Source of the DNA: an uncultured Clostridia bacterium
GTDB taxonomy: Bacteria; Bacillota; Clostridia; Christensenellales; UBA1242
Direction: 5' to 3'
Assembly: GCA_944376825.1 (NCBI GenBank)
Contig: CALWDY010000012.1
Coordinates: forward strand, 522-64,521
Length of the DNA: 64,000 bases
Shown here: positions 35,059 to 47,459 of the stretch, piece after piece
Position numbering within the stretch: position 1 is the first letter of the stretch
How the letters are laid out: every line of letters starts with the position of its first letter
The notes under the pieces: generated by a model
The model's input: only the letters and a program-made list of their open reading frames with translations
The model's database searches: none
What the model was told of the DNA's origin: nothing
Made by a program: the position numbers and the translations under genes

Positions 35059-37572
35059 TTAGTTGTTATTTTTCTCGATATTTTCTTCAATTACAGTTTC
35101 AATTTGATTTTCTTCTTCTTCATGCTCGCTTGTTGCAATACAAACAACATTTGCACCTTCTTTAAGTTTCATAATTTTTACGCCCTGTGTATTTCTAGAA
35201 ATTAAACTTATGTCTTTTACCGGTGTTCTAATTATAACTCCATTGTCGGCAATTATCATTAAATCTTCGTCTAATGTTACTTGTTTAAGTCCAACAAGTT
35301 TTCCTGTTTTTTCGTTAAATGTTCCTGCCTTAACGCCTTTTGCACCACGGCTTGTCAACCTATAATCATCAACACTATTTCGCTTTCCATATCCATTTTG
35401 AGATATTGTTACAATTTGAGCATCTTTTTCGCCTTTTTTAATTACTGTCATGCTTACAACATTTTCGCCATCGCTTAAATTAATTGATTTAACACCTTGT
35501 GCAGTTCTTCCCATTGCTCTTACTTTATCTTCGTTAAATCTTACACATTTTCCATCGCTTGAAGCCACTAAAATTTCATCATCACCAGACGATTGCATAA
35601 CATCAATAAGTTCATCATCTTCGGCAAGAGATATTGCAATTTTACCATTTTTTCTTATATTTGCAAATTCTATTAATTTTGTCTTTTTAATTAAACCATT
35701 TTTGGTTGCCATAACCAAATTGCCTGTTGTGTCGCTACTTGTTGGAATAATTGTGTTGACCTTTTCGCCGGAGTCTAGTGGCAACAAGTTTATCATTGCT
35801 CTACCCTTTGCCTGTCTCTGCGCTTCTGGAATTTCATAGGCTTTTAGCGTGTAAACTTTACCAAAGTTTGTAAAGAACATTAAGTCATCATGAGTTGAAG
35901 CAACAAATAGATGTTCAACAAAATCTTCTTCTTTTGTTTTATGGGCGCTTATTCCCACTCCACCGCGTTTTTGTGCTTTGTACTCACTCATGCTCATTCT
36001 CTTTATATAACCCTGATGTGTTTTTGAAACAACAACATCTTCTTTTTCAATTAAATCAGCAATGTTTATGTCGCCAAGGTCGTGGCTTATTTCAGTTTTT
36101 CTTTCATCGCCATATTGCTCTTTTATTTTTTCAAGATTGTTTTTTATAATATCTAAAACTTTTTGTTCGGAACTTAAAATGCTGTTTAATTCTTCTATGA
36201 GTTTTTCAAGTTCTTTATATTCTTCATTTAACTTTTCAACTTCCAAACTTGTAAGCTTTGAAAGTTTCATATCTAAAATTGCATTTGCTTGAATGTCATC
36301 AAGTTCAAAATTTTGTGTAAGCTTTTCTCTTGCATCTTCTTTGTCATCTGCTTCTTTAATAATTTTTATTACTTCATCAATATTGGCAAGTGCAATTACT
36401 AAACCTTTAACAATGTGCATTCTTTCTTCGGCTTTTTTAAGGTCGAATTGTGTTTTGCGTTTAAGCACATCTTTTTGATGTTCTAGATAGTAATAGAGCA
36501 TTTCTTTAAGATTTAAAACTTTTGGCTTATCTTCAACAAGTGCAAGCATAATTATTCCTTCACTTTGTTGAAGCATTGTTTTTTTGTAGAGCATATTTAA
36601 CACAACCTGAGCATTTGCATCTTTTTTAATGTCTACAACAACTCTAAGCCCATCACGGTCGGATTCTTCTTTTATGTCAGATATACCTTCAAGTTTTTTG
36701 TTTTTTACCATGTCTGCCATTTGCATGATAAATCTTGCTTTGTTAACACCATAAGGAAGTTCTGTTATAACAATTTTAAATCTTCCTGACGCTGTTTCTT
36801 CTATTTCTGCTCTACCTCTTACAATTATTCCGCCTCTGCCTGTTTTATATGCAAGTTTAACAGCGTTTTTACCCATTATTATTCCACCTGTTGGAAAATC
36901 TGGGGCTTTAATATATTCCATTAGTTCATCTATTTCAATATCAGGATTATCTATAAGCGCTTGCACACCGTTTATAACCTCTGTTAAATTGTGTGGAGGT
37001 ATATTTGTTGCCATACCAACTGCAATTCCGTCTGCGCCATTTACAAGCAAATTTGGGAAAAGTGCAGGAAGAACCCTTGGTTGCATTAAAGTATCATCAA
37101 AGTTTGGATAAAAATCCACCGTTTCTTTGTCTATATCTTCAAGCATAAGCGAAGCAATCTTGCTTAGTCTTGCTTCGGTATATCTCATTGCGGCTGCACT
37201 ATCGCCGTCCACTGAACCAAAGTTGCCATGACCATCAACAAGCGGATATCTTATTGAAAAGTCTTGTGCAAGTCTAACAAGTGCATCATAAACCGAACTA
37301 TCGCCATGTGGGTGATATTTACCCATTACTTCACCGACAATTCTTGCACATTTTTTATATGGTTTATCGTTAAAATTGTTTAGTTCGCCCATAGAATACA
37401 AAATTCTTCTATGCACAGGTTTAAGTCCATCTCTAACATCTGGAATTGCTCTTGAAACATTTACTGCCATTGCATATGAAATAAATGATTTTTTTAATTC
37501 ATCCGTTGCTTCTACCTGTTTTATTTTTGTGTTTTCAAACAGTTCGTGCAACTCTTTTTTCTTTTCTTCCAT
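35059..37572 (-). CDS. gyrA: DNA gyrase subunit A
   Basis: AMAVNVSRAIPDVRDGLKPVHRRILY, the GKYHPHGDSSVYDALVR (QRDR) region, and a C-terminal beta-pinwheel. Confidence 0.97.
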   Translation of the reverse strand: MEEKKKELHELFENTKIKQVEATDELKKSFISYAMAVNVSRAIPDVRDGLKPVHRRILYSMGELNNFNDKPYKKCARIVGEVMGKYHPHGDSSVYDALVRLAQDFSIRYPLVDGHGNFGSVDGDSAAAMRYTEARLSKIASLMLEDIDKETVDFYPNFDDTLMQPRVLPALFPNLLVNGADGIAVGMATNIPPHNLTEVINGVQALIDNPDIEIDELMEYIKAPDFPTGGIIMGKNAVKLAYKTGRGGIIVRGRAEIEETASGRFKIVITELPYGVNKARFIMQMADMVKNKKLEGISDIKEESDRDGLRVVVDIKKDANAQVVLNMLYKKTMLQQSEGIIMLALVEDKPKVLNLKEMLYYYLEHQKDVLKRKTQFDLKKAEERMHIVKGLVIALANIDEVIKIIKEADDKEDAREKLTQNFELDDIQANAILDMKLSKLTSLEVEKLNEEYKELEKLIEELNSILSSEQKVLDIIKNNLEKIKEQYGDERKTEISHDLGDINIADLIEKEDVVVSKTHQGYIKRMSMSEYKAQKRGGVGISAHKTKEEDFVEHLFVASTHDDLMFFTNFGKVYTLKAYEIPEAQRQAKGRAMINLLPLDSGEKVNTIIPTSSDTTGNLVMATKNGLIKKTKLIEFANIRKNGKIAISLAEDDELIDVMQSSGDDEILVASSDGKCVRFNEDKVRAMGRTAQGVKSINLSDGENVVSMTVIKKGEKDAQIVTISQNGYGKRNSVDDYRLTSRGAKGVKAGTFNEKTGKLVGLKQVTLDEDLMIIADNGVIIRTPVKDISLISRNTQGVKIMKLKEGANVVCIATSEHEEEENQIETVIEENIEKNNN

Positions 37573-37587
37573 TTTTCTTTCCTTTTA

Positions 37588-39537
<1,950 letters not shown>

Positions 39538-39629
39538 TTATTATATATTTATATATATTATATACTAATAGTATTATATCATAGTATAGTATATAAATAA
39601 AGTCTTTTTTTAAAATATCCATATGCGCA

Positions 39630-39660
39630 CAACAAAAAACGCATGCTAGCACATGCGTTT
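39630..39660 (-). terminator. Rho-independent terminator after 39683..40216, upstream of gyrB
   Basis: AAACGCATG-CTAGCA-CATGCGTTT followed by a T-run on the minus strand. Confidence 0.6.
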
Positions 39661-39682
39661 GACAATTTGATATAACTAATCT

Positions 39683-40216
39683 TTACATATTTAAATCGAT
39701 TTCTTTTAATTTCATGTTATTATTTAAAATTTTCACAATAGATGATACAATTTGTCTTTCTTGTTTAATTTCCAAAGATTTGCCAAAATGAACATAATCT
39801 TGCAAAATATCAATAACATTTATAATTTCTTTTTTTATATTTTCATATTTAATTAAAGTATCTTCAAATTTTATTTGGATATTTGTTAAATCTTTCAATC
39901 TTTCTTCACTTTTGGAAAGAAACTCTTTGACCTTTTTTTCTTTTTTAGACAAGAATATCCATTCACCAACAAAACATGGCAACAAAACAAACAATATTGG
40001 CGCGAAAAAGAAAGATAGCAACACTCCAAAAGAAGATAAACAAAAAAACAATTTCCAGTTTGGGTTTTTAACTTTTTGAATATCAGTTTTCACCTTGTTT
40101 TTTAAAAGCCTTGCGCGAATAATGGCATTGTTACTTTTTTGTATTGCAATGTCAACTTCAATCAAAATGTTTTTATACTTTTGCAACATTTGGTACATTT
40201 TTAATTTGTCTACCAC
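39683..40216 (-). CDS. Coiled-coil / TM-hairpin / coiled-coil membrane protein (paralog of 40308..40850)
   Basis: 177 aa with a GTG start behind GGGAG. Central WKLFFCLSSFGVLLSFFFAPILFVLLPCFVGEWIFL is flanked by charged helical regions. Confidence 0.5.
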   Translation of the reverse strand: MVDKLKMYQMLQKYKNILIEVDIAIQKSNNAIIRARLLKNKVKTDIQKVKNPNWKLFFCLSSFGVLLSFFFAPILFVLLPCFVGEWIFLSKKEKKVKEFLSKSEERLKDLTNIQIKFEDTLIKYENIKKEIINVIDILQDYVHFGKSLEIKQERQIVSSIVKILNNNMKLKEIDLNM

Positions 40217-40307
40217 TTTAAACTCCCTAACATATTTTACAAAAAAATATTAAACATTTCAATATTAATTTTTAAAAAAATCCAAACCAATGGTTTGGAC
40301 ATGTTTT

Positions 40308-40850
40308 TTATCTTTCAAGATCCTTTTCAAGATCGTTTAAAAAATTAAGATTTCTTTGTGATAATGAAATTTTATTTCCTTTTTCTTTTGTTATTTCATC
40401 TTTTGTATAAATTATATCATGCAAGCAATCTATGTTAGAAACCAAAAATTTTCTTTTGTCTTGTAGCCTTTCCAATTCGTTATTAGACTCTAAAATAGTA
40501 TCGTTTGTTTTGTTTAAAAGATGTTTATTTATTTTTAGATCGGCATTTAAAGAAAGTGCTTTCATTGCGCTAAAATAAAAACCCAGCCCAACGAAAACAA
40601 TAACTGGCAAAAAAAATATTGCAGGATTTGATATTGTCAAGCCAATAGAAACAATTAGCCCAGCAAAAAAAGCAAATGACCATTTTTTGCTTGGATTTTT
40701 ATATGTATTAATTTTATGCTTTAAATCATCTACCGTTTCATATAATTGTTTTATTGTTTGTTTTTTTAGGTCTATGTCTTTATCAATAGCATTTAATTTT
40801 TTCTTATATTCACTTATTGTTTTAAATGCTTGAGTTTTTTTGTCGTCCAT
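40308..40850 (-). CDS. Coiled-coil / TM-hairpin / coiled-coil membrane protein
   Basis: ATG 40850 (MDDKKTQ) follows AAGGAG. Central KWSFAFFAGLIVSIGLTISNPAIFFLPVIVFVGLGFYF. Same layout as 39683..40216. Confidence 0.5.
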   Translation of the reverse strand: MDDKKTQAFKTISEYKKKLNAIDKDIDLKKQTIKQLYETVDDLKHKINTYKNPSKKWSFAFFAGLIVSIGLTISNPAIFFLPVIVFVGLGFYFSAMKALSLNADLKINKHLLNKTNDTILESNNELERLQDKRKFLVSNIDCLHDIIYTKDEITKEKGNKISLSQRNLNFLNDLEKDLER

Positions 40851-40915
40851 TTTATTCTCCTTAAAGCATTTTATCATAAGAAATGCATTTTTTCAATACC
40901 CAATTCAATTTAATT

Positions 40916-41965
40916 TTAAAGTGCAAAAAAAGCAATTGCTATTGCTGTAAATATTGCCAAAATAAACAAAACAAAAAAAGTAATTTTTATTGCAGATTTT
41001 GGATATCCACTTCCAACCTTTCCCGTTTGTCCGTTCATAAACGTTGTGTAGTTTTTGTTTTTATATTTATAATTTACTTGATATGTTGGAACTATATAGT
41101 AAGAATATTTTTCTTGGCTAAAAACTGTATCTTGATTAAAATAATCTATAAAATCATAAGAATATTTTGATAATATAAGTTTTTTGATTCTATCTTTAAT
41201 CATGTCATCAGCAATTGTTTTACAATGTTCTAACTTTTGATTATAATGCTCCAAACTGTATCCCAATATAAACGCCGAATTAAAATTTACAACATCTGCC
41301 ATGTTAAATGGATTTATGGAATTAAATGTTGCTTGGTCAAGTTTTGTGCTTGTTTCAACAAGCACATTGCTGTGCTGTGAATTGTATGTTCCACTTATTG
41401 TTTTGTAACTTGTGTGAGTTTCGCCTTGGGAGTTTGTTCTTTGTGTTCCTAACCTTCCACTATATTTTGTAAATGCTTTTGCATCAAAAGAAAAAGTTGG
41501 AACATAAACACCTTTCATTTCATCTATTGGAGGCTTTTTCTTGAATATGTTTGGAATAAACCATTTTTTTCTTATTCCTTTTTTATACAAATCTCTTGCT
41601 TTTTCTCTTCCAAACTTAAAAGGAATTATTCCATCAGGTTTAATCCCTATTTTTTCATTTTCATCAATAACGCACGGACTTGAACAATAAGGACAAACCT
41701 TACTTACTTCAAGTGTGTTTAAAACAATGTTGCTTCCACAACTATAACATTTAAAAACTTTGTTTTGTTTTACAAACTCATTATACTCTTTTGTTGTTTG
41801 TTCTTGCACGCCATAATCGTGTTTTTTAACATTTTTACTATAATCAATTTTTTCAATGCTTGAACACGAACCACATTTAAGTGCCCCATCATCTGGTGAA
41901 AATCGCAATATCCCACCACAAGTTTGGCATTTGTCTTGATTTGAATCAATTTTTGTTTTATTCAT
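40916..41965 (-). CDS. Double zinc-ribbon protein with a C-terminal TM anchor (YdjG-like)
   Basis: CQTCGG...CGSC and CYSCGS...CPYC ribbons, with C-terminal ITFFVLFILAIFTAIAIAFFAL. Sits immediately downstream of an SPFH gene, as in the Bacillus subtilis ydjGHI arrangement (recalled from memory). Confidence 0.45.
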   Translation of the reverse strand: MNKTKIDSNQDKCQTCGGILRFSPDDGALKCGSCSSIEKIDYSKNVKKHDYGVQEQTTKEYNEFVKQNKVFKCYSCGSNIVLNTLEVSKVCPYCSSPCVIDENEKIGIKPDGIIPFKFGREKARDLYKKGIRKKWFIPNIFKKKPPIDEMKGVYVPTFSFDAKAFTKYSGRLGTQRTNSQGETHTSYKTISGTYNSQHSNVLVETSTKLDQATFNSINPFNMADVVNFNSAFILGYSLEHYNQKLEHCKTIADDMIKDRIKKLILSKYSYDFIDYFNQDTVFSQEKYSYYIVPTYQVNYKYKNKNYTTFMNGQTGKVGSGYPKSAIKITFFVLFILAIFTAIAIAFFAL

Positions 41966-41967
41966 TA

Positions 41968-43092
41968 TTATTCAACCTTTGTTCCGCACTCTGGACAAAA
42001 TTTTGCACCTTTTTTTAAAGTTGCATTACAATTTTTGCATTTTTTTTCTTGCTTTAAATTTGCCCCACATTCTGGACAAAATTTGGCATTTTTTGAAACA
42101 GCTTTATGACAAACTGGGCATTCCACTCCCTGACTCGCTCCACATTCTGCACAAAATTTGGCACCTTCTTTAATTTGAGCACCACACTTTATGCAAGTTG
42201 TTGTTTTTAATTTTGGTTTGTTTTGTGTTGTTATGTTATCTGCAAAAACACCACCAATTGTTGTTCCTGCACCAAGGCCAACCCCCAACCCTGCAAGATT
42301 TCCGCCACTTGTGTTTTGGGCAGCATCACGAATGGCTTGCGCTGCTTGATATTGAGTAAATGTTCCCATTTTATCTTCAAGCACGCCAAGTTTTGTTCTT
42401 TCATCAAGAGTCTTTTCAACTTCTTCTGGAAGCGATAAGTTTTCTATTACAACAGAGCAAAGTTTTAAGCCATACTTAGCAAATTCTTTTGTTGAAACTG
42501 TTAAAACTTCATTAGAAAACTCACGATAGTTTGCAGCAAGGTCGAGTGCCGAAATTTTGCTTTCTGCAATTGCATCTGTAAGTGCTTGAATAAGCATAGG
42601 TCTTATTTGCAAACCAACATCTTCAACTTTATAAACTTCATTTGTTCCAAAAAGTTCTTGCATAAAAATTTTTGCGTCTTCCACTTTAAAAGAATATACA
42701 CCAAATCCGCGAAGCCTTATTGTTCCAAATTCGTTATCACGCATCATTATTGGATTTTGTGTCCCCCATTTAAGCCCCACGAATTGTTTTGTGTTTACAT
42801 AATAAACTTCGGCTTTGATTGGAGATTCAAAACCTGTTGGAAGCGACAATATTTTTGTTAAAAATGGTATGTTTTCCGTTGTTAGTTTATATGTTCCCGG
42901 CATAAAAACATCTGCAATTTTACCTTTATGTACAAACAGTGCAACTTGCGATTCTCTAACAACAAGTGTTGAGCTTGTCATAATCTCATCCCTGTCCGTA
43001 AGTGGAAATCTATATACAATTGTATCTTTTGAAGAATCTTTCCATTCTATAACTTTTAAAAGTTGCTTTTTAAAAAAACTAAATAATCCCAT
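41968..43092 (-). CDS. SPFH/Band-7-type protein (YdjI-like, so-called virion-core-protein-like) with three C-terminal zinc-ribbon repeats
   Basis: MGLFSFFKKQLLKVIEWKD...LVVRESQVALFVHKGKIADVF is typical of this family. C-terminal repeats are CIKCGAQIKEGAKFCAECGA, CPVCHKAVSKNAKFCPECGA and CKNCNATLKKGAKFCPECG. Confidence 0.6.
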   Translation of the reverse strand: MGLFSFFKKQLLKVIEWKDSSKDTIVYRFPLTDRDEIMTSSTLVVRESQVALFVHKGKIADVFMPGTYKLTTENIPFLTKILSLPTGFESPIKAEVYYVNTKQFVGLKWGTQNPIMMRDNEFGTIRLRGFGVYSFKVEDAKIFMQELFGTNEVYKVEDVGLQIRPMLIQALTDAIAESKISALDLAANYREFSNEVLTVSTKEFAKYGLKLCSVVIENLSLPEEVEKTLDERTKLGVLEDKMGTFTQYQAAQAIRDAAQNTSGGNLAGLGVGLGAGTTIGGVFADNITTQNKPKLKTTTCIKCGAQIKEGAKFCAECGASQGVECPVCHKAVSKNAKFCPECGANLKQEKKCKNCNATLKKGAKFCPECGTKVE

Positions 43093-43226
43093 AATTTTTC
43101 TCCTTATTTTATGTTGTTAGTCTATAATATATATGGTTTAATGTCAAATATTTTGCAACTATAACCAATTGCATAAAAATATTTCGCTTTACATTTTGAT
43201 GATTTTATTATAAACTTTTTATACAT

Positions 43227-44063
43227 ATGCAAAAGAGAATATATCCTGATAAAAATATTGTTGTTATGCCTTGTTCATTTGATGATAAGGTCCTTTTTAA
43301 TAAAACTAAAAAGAAAAAAATTAAAGTTGATGAACATTACAAATATAACAAAAATATATTTTACAAGATTTGGCAATTTGTTTTGTATTATTTTATAGCA
43401 CGACCTGTGTTTTTGGTGTATGGCAAGATGTTTCTTGGAATAAAAGTTTATGGCAAAGAAAAAATAAAACACATAAAAACTGGTGCAATAACCGTTTCAA
43501 ACCATGTACACTATTTAGATTTTTTCATTTCCACGCATTTTATTGCAGGAAATAAGCGTTCACATATAATTTCAAACAAGGAAAATTTTGATGTTCCAAT
43601 TGCCGGCAAATTGTTGTCTGGATATGGAGTTATGCCACTGCCCGAAACAACAAAAGCACATATAAATTTTTATAAGCAAGTAAATGCTTACTTAAAAAAT
43701 AAAAGATTTATTCACTTGTTCCCCGAAGCAAGCATGTGGCCATATTATAATAAACTTAGACCACTAAAATCAGGGGCATTTCACTTTGCCTGCAAAAACA
43801 ATTTGCCTGTTATTCCTTATGTTTTGGTGTTTAGAGAAAGTAAAGGAATTGAAAAATTTTTAAGAACAAGACCAAGAATAAGTGTTTATATTTGCGACCC
43901 AATTTATCCAAACATAGACCTTAAAGGAAAAGAACAAAATTTAGACATATTAAACAAAACACAACAATCAATGCAGAAAATTTTAGACGAGCATAATAGT
44001 TTTGAATATTGGCATTACATAACCGAAGAAGAATTCAACCAAAAATATAAAAACACTTTTTAA
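43227..44063 (+). CDS. plsC: 1-acyl-sn-glycerol-3-phosphate acyltransferase family protein
   Basis: NHVHYLD (HX4D acyltransferase motif) and FPEASMW (FPEGT-like). One N-terminal hydrophobic helix. Confidence 0.65.
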   Translation: MQKRIYPDKNIVVMPCSFDDKVLFNKTKKKKIKVDEHYKYNKNIFYKIWQFVLYYFIARPVFLVYGKMFLGIKVYGKEKIKHIKTGAITVSNHVHYLDFFISTHFIAGNKRSHIISNKENFDVPIAGKLLSGYGVMPLPETTKAHINFYKQVNAYLKNKRFIHLFPEASMWPYYNKLRPLKSGAFHFACKNNLPVIPYVLVFRESKGIEKFLRTRPRISVYICDPIYPNIDLKGKEQNLDILNKTQQSMQKILDEHNSFEYWHYITEEEFNQKYKNTF

Positions 44064-44080
44064 TCAAAAAGTGTTTTTTT
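44049..44080 (+). terminator. Rho-independent terminator overlapping the plsC-like stop codon
   Basis: AAAAACACTTTTT-AATC-AAAAAGTGTTTTT. Confidence 0.6.
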
Positions 44081-44149
44081 AATTATATAAATTGTGTTTT
44101 AATTTTTTATATAAACATCAAAACTTGCTCCATTTATTGTTTCGGTGCC

Positions 44150-45526
44150 CTATTTTGTGAAACTGCTTGTCATATGTGAATTGCAATTAGCACCTTGTGG
44201 AACTTTTATTGTTGTTGCATAATTTAAAAGATTTCCGTGGCTTGTTTGTGTTACATTTTCACATATTGTTTCATTGTCTATTATAACTGTTTTTAAATTT
44301 GGACACAAATTAAATGTGTCTGTTAATATATTTGAAATATTTTCTGAAATGTAAAACTCTGTCAAATTTGAACAAGAATAAAAAGCTTCTTCGCCTATTG
44401 TTTGCAGTTGCGTATTTAACATATCAATATTAAAAATTATTAAATTGGCACAATATGTAAAAGCCCAATCCCCAATTTTTGTTACTTTGTTTGATATATT
44501 AACTTCTGTTAATGATGTACAGTTTATAAACGCATGCGCGTCTATTATTCCATTTGGAATACTTATAGATTTTAATGCCTAGCAACTCGCAAAAGCATAC
44601 ATAGAAATATTCTCAACCTCATCCGGAATGTTGATTTTTGTTAAAGATGTACACCCGTTAAATGCTTCCATGCCCAATTTCCTTATAGTTTTTGGAATGT
44701 AAACACTTGTAATTTTTGTAGCATTTCTAAAAGAATAACCTTCAATTTCTGTTACAGGTTTACCATTATACGTTTCAGGAATAACAACCGCACCAGAAAT
44801 TGTTGTATAATTTATTGCTTTTACAGAATACTCTTCGCCATTATTTATTGGGGTAAAAGCAAGTTCTTGTGTTGTTTCTTTCGTTAAAAATATTGGCACA
44901 TCAAAAACCACACTTGAAACGCTTGAATATGGATCTTTAAGTGACATTGCGATAACTATATTTGTTTGTGAATAAGAATTTTCTCCCTTACCCTCTATAT
45001 CCGTTGAAGAACTTATGTAAACATAACTATTAGTTGATGTGCGATTTATATTGTCAGTTAATACAGCATGAGCCGTTTCCGAGCCGTAGTTTTTTATATT
45101 TAAAACAATGTAGTAAGCAAAACCTTTTGGAGTTGAAATGTTGTTGTTGTATGAACCATATGTTATGCCAATCACCTTTGACTGTGTTGGGTCAGGGTTT
45201 AGAATTTGTCCCGTTGTGGGATCGTATGATTTAAAACTATCCGCATATTTTGTTTTTGTTGTTTTTGTTAAAGTTGTTGCACTTTCACCATTTTGCTCAA
45301 ACAATTTTGCATTGTTTATAAGTGTTTCTTGATTTGTTAAAATAGATTGATTTGAAACATACACCGAAGCATCCACTGTTACAAAAACATCTTGAACTTG
45401 ATATGTAACCGTTCCCCCTACAACATAGTTAACATTTAATGCTGCATAAACACCAAAAAAAGCACAGAAACCATTATGCATAAACATGATATACTTAAAA
45501 ATAATTTGATTTTCTTTTTCATACAA
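44150..45526 (-). pseudogene. BspA-type leucine-rich-repeat surface protein interrupted by one in-frame TAG (44579..44581) and with a degenerate N-terminal signal region
   Basis: Track ORFs 44579..45526 and 44150..44422 are in the same frame. The 156 nt between them also read as LRR (ALKSISIPNGIIDAHAFINCTSLTEVNISNKVTKIGDWAFTYCANL). Repeats fit the F.gC.sLt.i.IP pattern. Only a TTG start without a Shine-Dalgarno is available. Confidence 0.6.
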
Positions 45527-45693
45527 TCTCCAAAAGGCGTAAACAATACATATAGTGCATATATATTTTTTTCTTTTTTGTCAAATATATTTGTATTTTA
45601 ACAACATTTTGAAAACAATATAAAATTAAAATCAAATTCCTTTTTTTACATTTTTAATTAAATAAATATATAACAATAAAATAAAATGGTAAG

Positions 45694-46764
45694 TTATTTT
45701 ATTATTGTTCCATTGCTTACTTTTATTTTTTTGCATTTAACATCAAAATCAAACTCTGTGCAAGTAATTAGCGTTTGTGTGTTTTTACAAAATTCTAAAA
45801 GTCTTTTCTTACGGTTGTCGTCAAGTTCGCTTAAAACATCATCTAACAGCAAAACAGGTTTTGTTTTTGTTACATTTTCCAAGATGTTTAATTCAGCAAG
45901 TTTAAGTGAAAGTGCACAAGTCCTTTGTTGACCTTGCGAACCAAATGTTCTAACATCAACATTGTTTATACTTACTTTAATATCATCTCTATGTGGTCCA
46001 TATGTTGTATATCCAAGAGAAAGGTCCTTATCTAAATTTTTTTCAAGTACATCTATTATTTCTTGCTTTGTTTGTTCTTTTATTCCAACATATTCTACGC
46101 TTAAATCTTCTTTGTTGTCAGTTAGATAGTTATGTGCAATTTTTGCATATGGAGAAAGGGTAAAAACAAAATTTTGTCTAAACTTTGCAATTTTTAAAGC
46201 ACAATCGGCAAGTTGTTCGTTCCAAATTTTCATTATATTTTTTACATCGGTTAAACTAATTTTAGATTTTAGTTGTTTGTTTCTGTTTTGCAAAATTTCA
46301 TTATATCTTGATAATAAATAAAAATATTGTCTGCTTGTTTGAGATATGTCTATGTCCATAAATCTGCGCCTGTCTTCTGGACTTTCTTTTATAAGTTTAA
46401 GTTCATCCGGCGAAAAGAAAACACCATTAAATTCGCCAAGCAGTTCGCTTATTTTTTTAATTGGTATGCCATTTATTTTTATTGTCTTTTTTTGTTTTTT
46501 GGAAAATATAATTTCAACAGTGCTTTCTCCTATGTCCTTTTTTATAAACACTTTTATTTTTGCAATATCACTGTTTAAATTTATTACTTCTTTTTCTCGT
46601 GATGCCCTAAAACTTTTTCCTACAACACAAAAATACACCGCTTCAAGAAGATTTGTTTTTCCTTGTGCATTTTCGCCACAAATTACATTTAATCCATCAT
46701 CAAAATTTACCTCACAAGATAGGTAATTTCGATATGAATAAAGTTGTAATTTTGTTATCTCCAT
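45694..46764 (-). CDS. recF: DNA replication and repair protein RecF
   Basis: GENAQGKTNLLEA Walker A, the SQGQQRT signature and LLLDDVLSELD Walker B. Confidence 0.93.
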   Translation of the reverse strand: MEITKLQLYSYRNYLSCEVNFDDGLNVICGENAQGKTNLLEAVYFCVVGKSFRASREKEVINLNSDIAKIKVFIKKDIGESTVEIIFSKKQKKTIKINGIPIKKISELLGEFNGVFFSPDELKLIKESPEDRRRFMDIDISQTSRQYFYLLSRYNEILQNRNKQLKSKISLTDVKNIMKIWNEQLADCALKIAKFRQNFVFTLSPYAKIAHNYLTDNKEDLSVEYVGIKEQTKQEIIDVLEKNLDKDLSLGYTTYGPHRDDIKVSINNVDVRTFGSQGQQRTCALSLKLAELNILENVTKTKPVLLLDDVLSELDDNRKKRLLEFCKNTQTLITCTEFDFDVKCKKIKVSNGTIIK

Positions 46765-47459
46765 TTATATATTCCTAATATTTGTTTTATAACTTCTATT
46801 AACTTAAAATTGTTTCCATGAACAATGTAAATCACTTTACCAACTATATTATCATATTTCATTGGCCCATAATCTATACAATCATCGCTGTTTAATCTAT
46901 TGTCGCCCGCATAAAAAATTTCATCTTCTTCTATATGCAAATACATGTTGCCATTTTCATCTGTAACAAAATTTTTATTGCTTGTGTTGTCAAAATAAAA
47001 TTGATAATATTGGCTTTTGTATGATGATTTGTCTTGCACATAATCTTCCACAAGTTCAACAAACTCACCCTGTCCGCCATATTGAATATATATTGCATAA
47101 TAATTGTTTGCAGAGTTTTCTTCTTTTCTGCCAGTGTCTTTTATCATTATGTTGTCACCGGACATTGCAATTACTCTTTTTATAACAAGCACATCATTAG
47201 TTTTTTTATATATAACCACATCTCCATAAGACAAGTCACTTATGTTTGTTGTTATATAAACATGATCTTCATCTTTGCCACTAGCATTTAAAAGTGGTTG
47301 CATGCTTGTTCCAGAAATTGGATAATACTCCAAAAACGCATTGCAATAAAACATAACTCCCATAGCAAAAACTATGGGAATACATATTACTGTAAATATA
47401 ATCCTCAAAATTATATTAATTTTTTTATTTGTTGTTTTTTTATATGGTGAATATTGCAT
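46755..47459 (-). CDS. lepB: Signal peptidase I (S26 family)
   Basis: ISGTSMQPLL (catalytic Ser), VIKRVIAMSGD (catalytic Lys box) and GDNRLNSDDCIDYGP. ATG 47459 overlaps the queH stop (TAATG). Confidence 0.85.
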   Translation of the reverse strand: MQYSPYKKTTNKKINIILRIIFTVICIPIVFAMGVMFYCNAFLEYYPISGTSMQPLLNASGKDEDHVYITTNISDLSYGDVVIYKKTNDVLVIKRVIAMSGDNIMIKDTGRKEENSANNYYAIYIQYGGQGEFVELVEDYVQDKSSYKSQYYQFYFDNTSNKNFVTDENGNMYLHIEEDEIFYAGDNRLNSDDCIDYGPMKYDNIVGKVIYIVHGNNFKLIEVIKQILGIYKWR

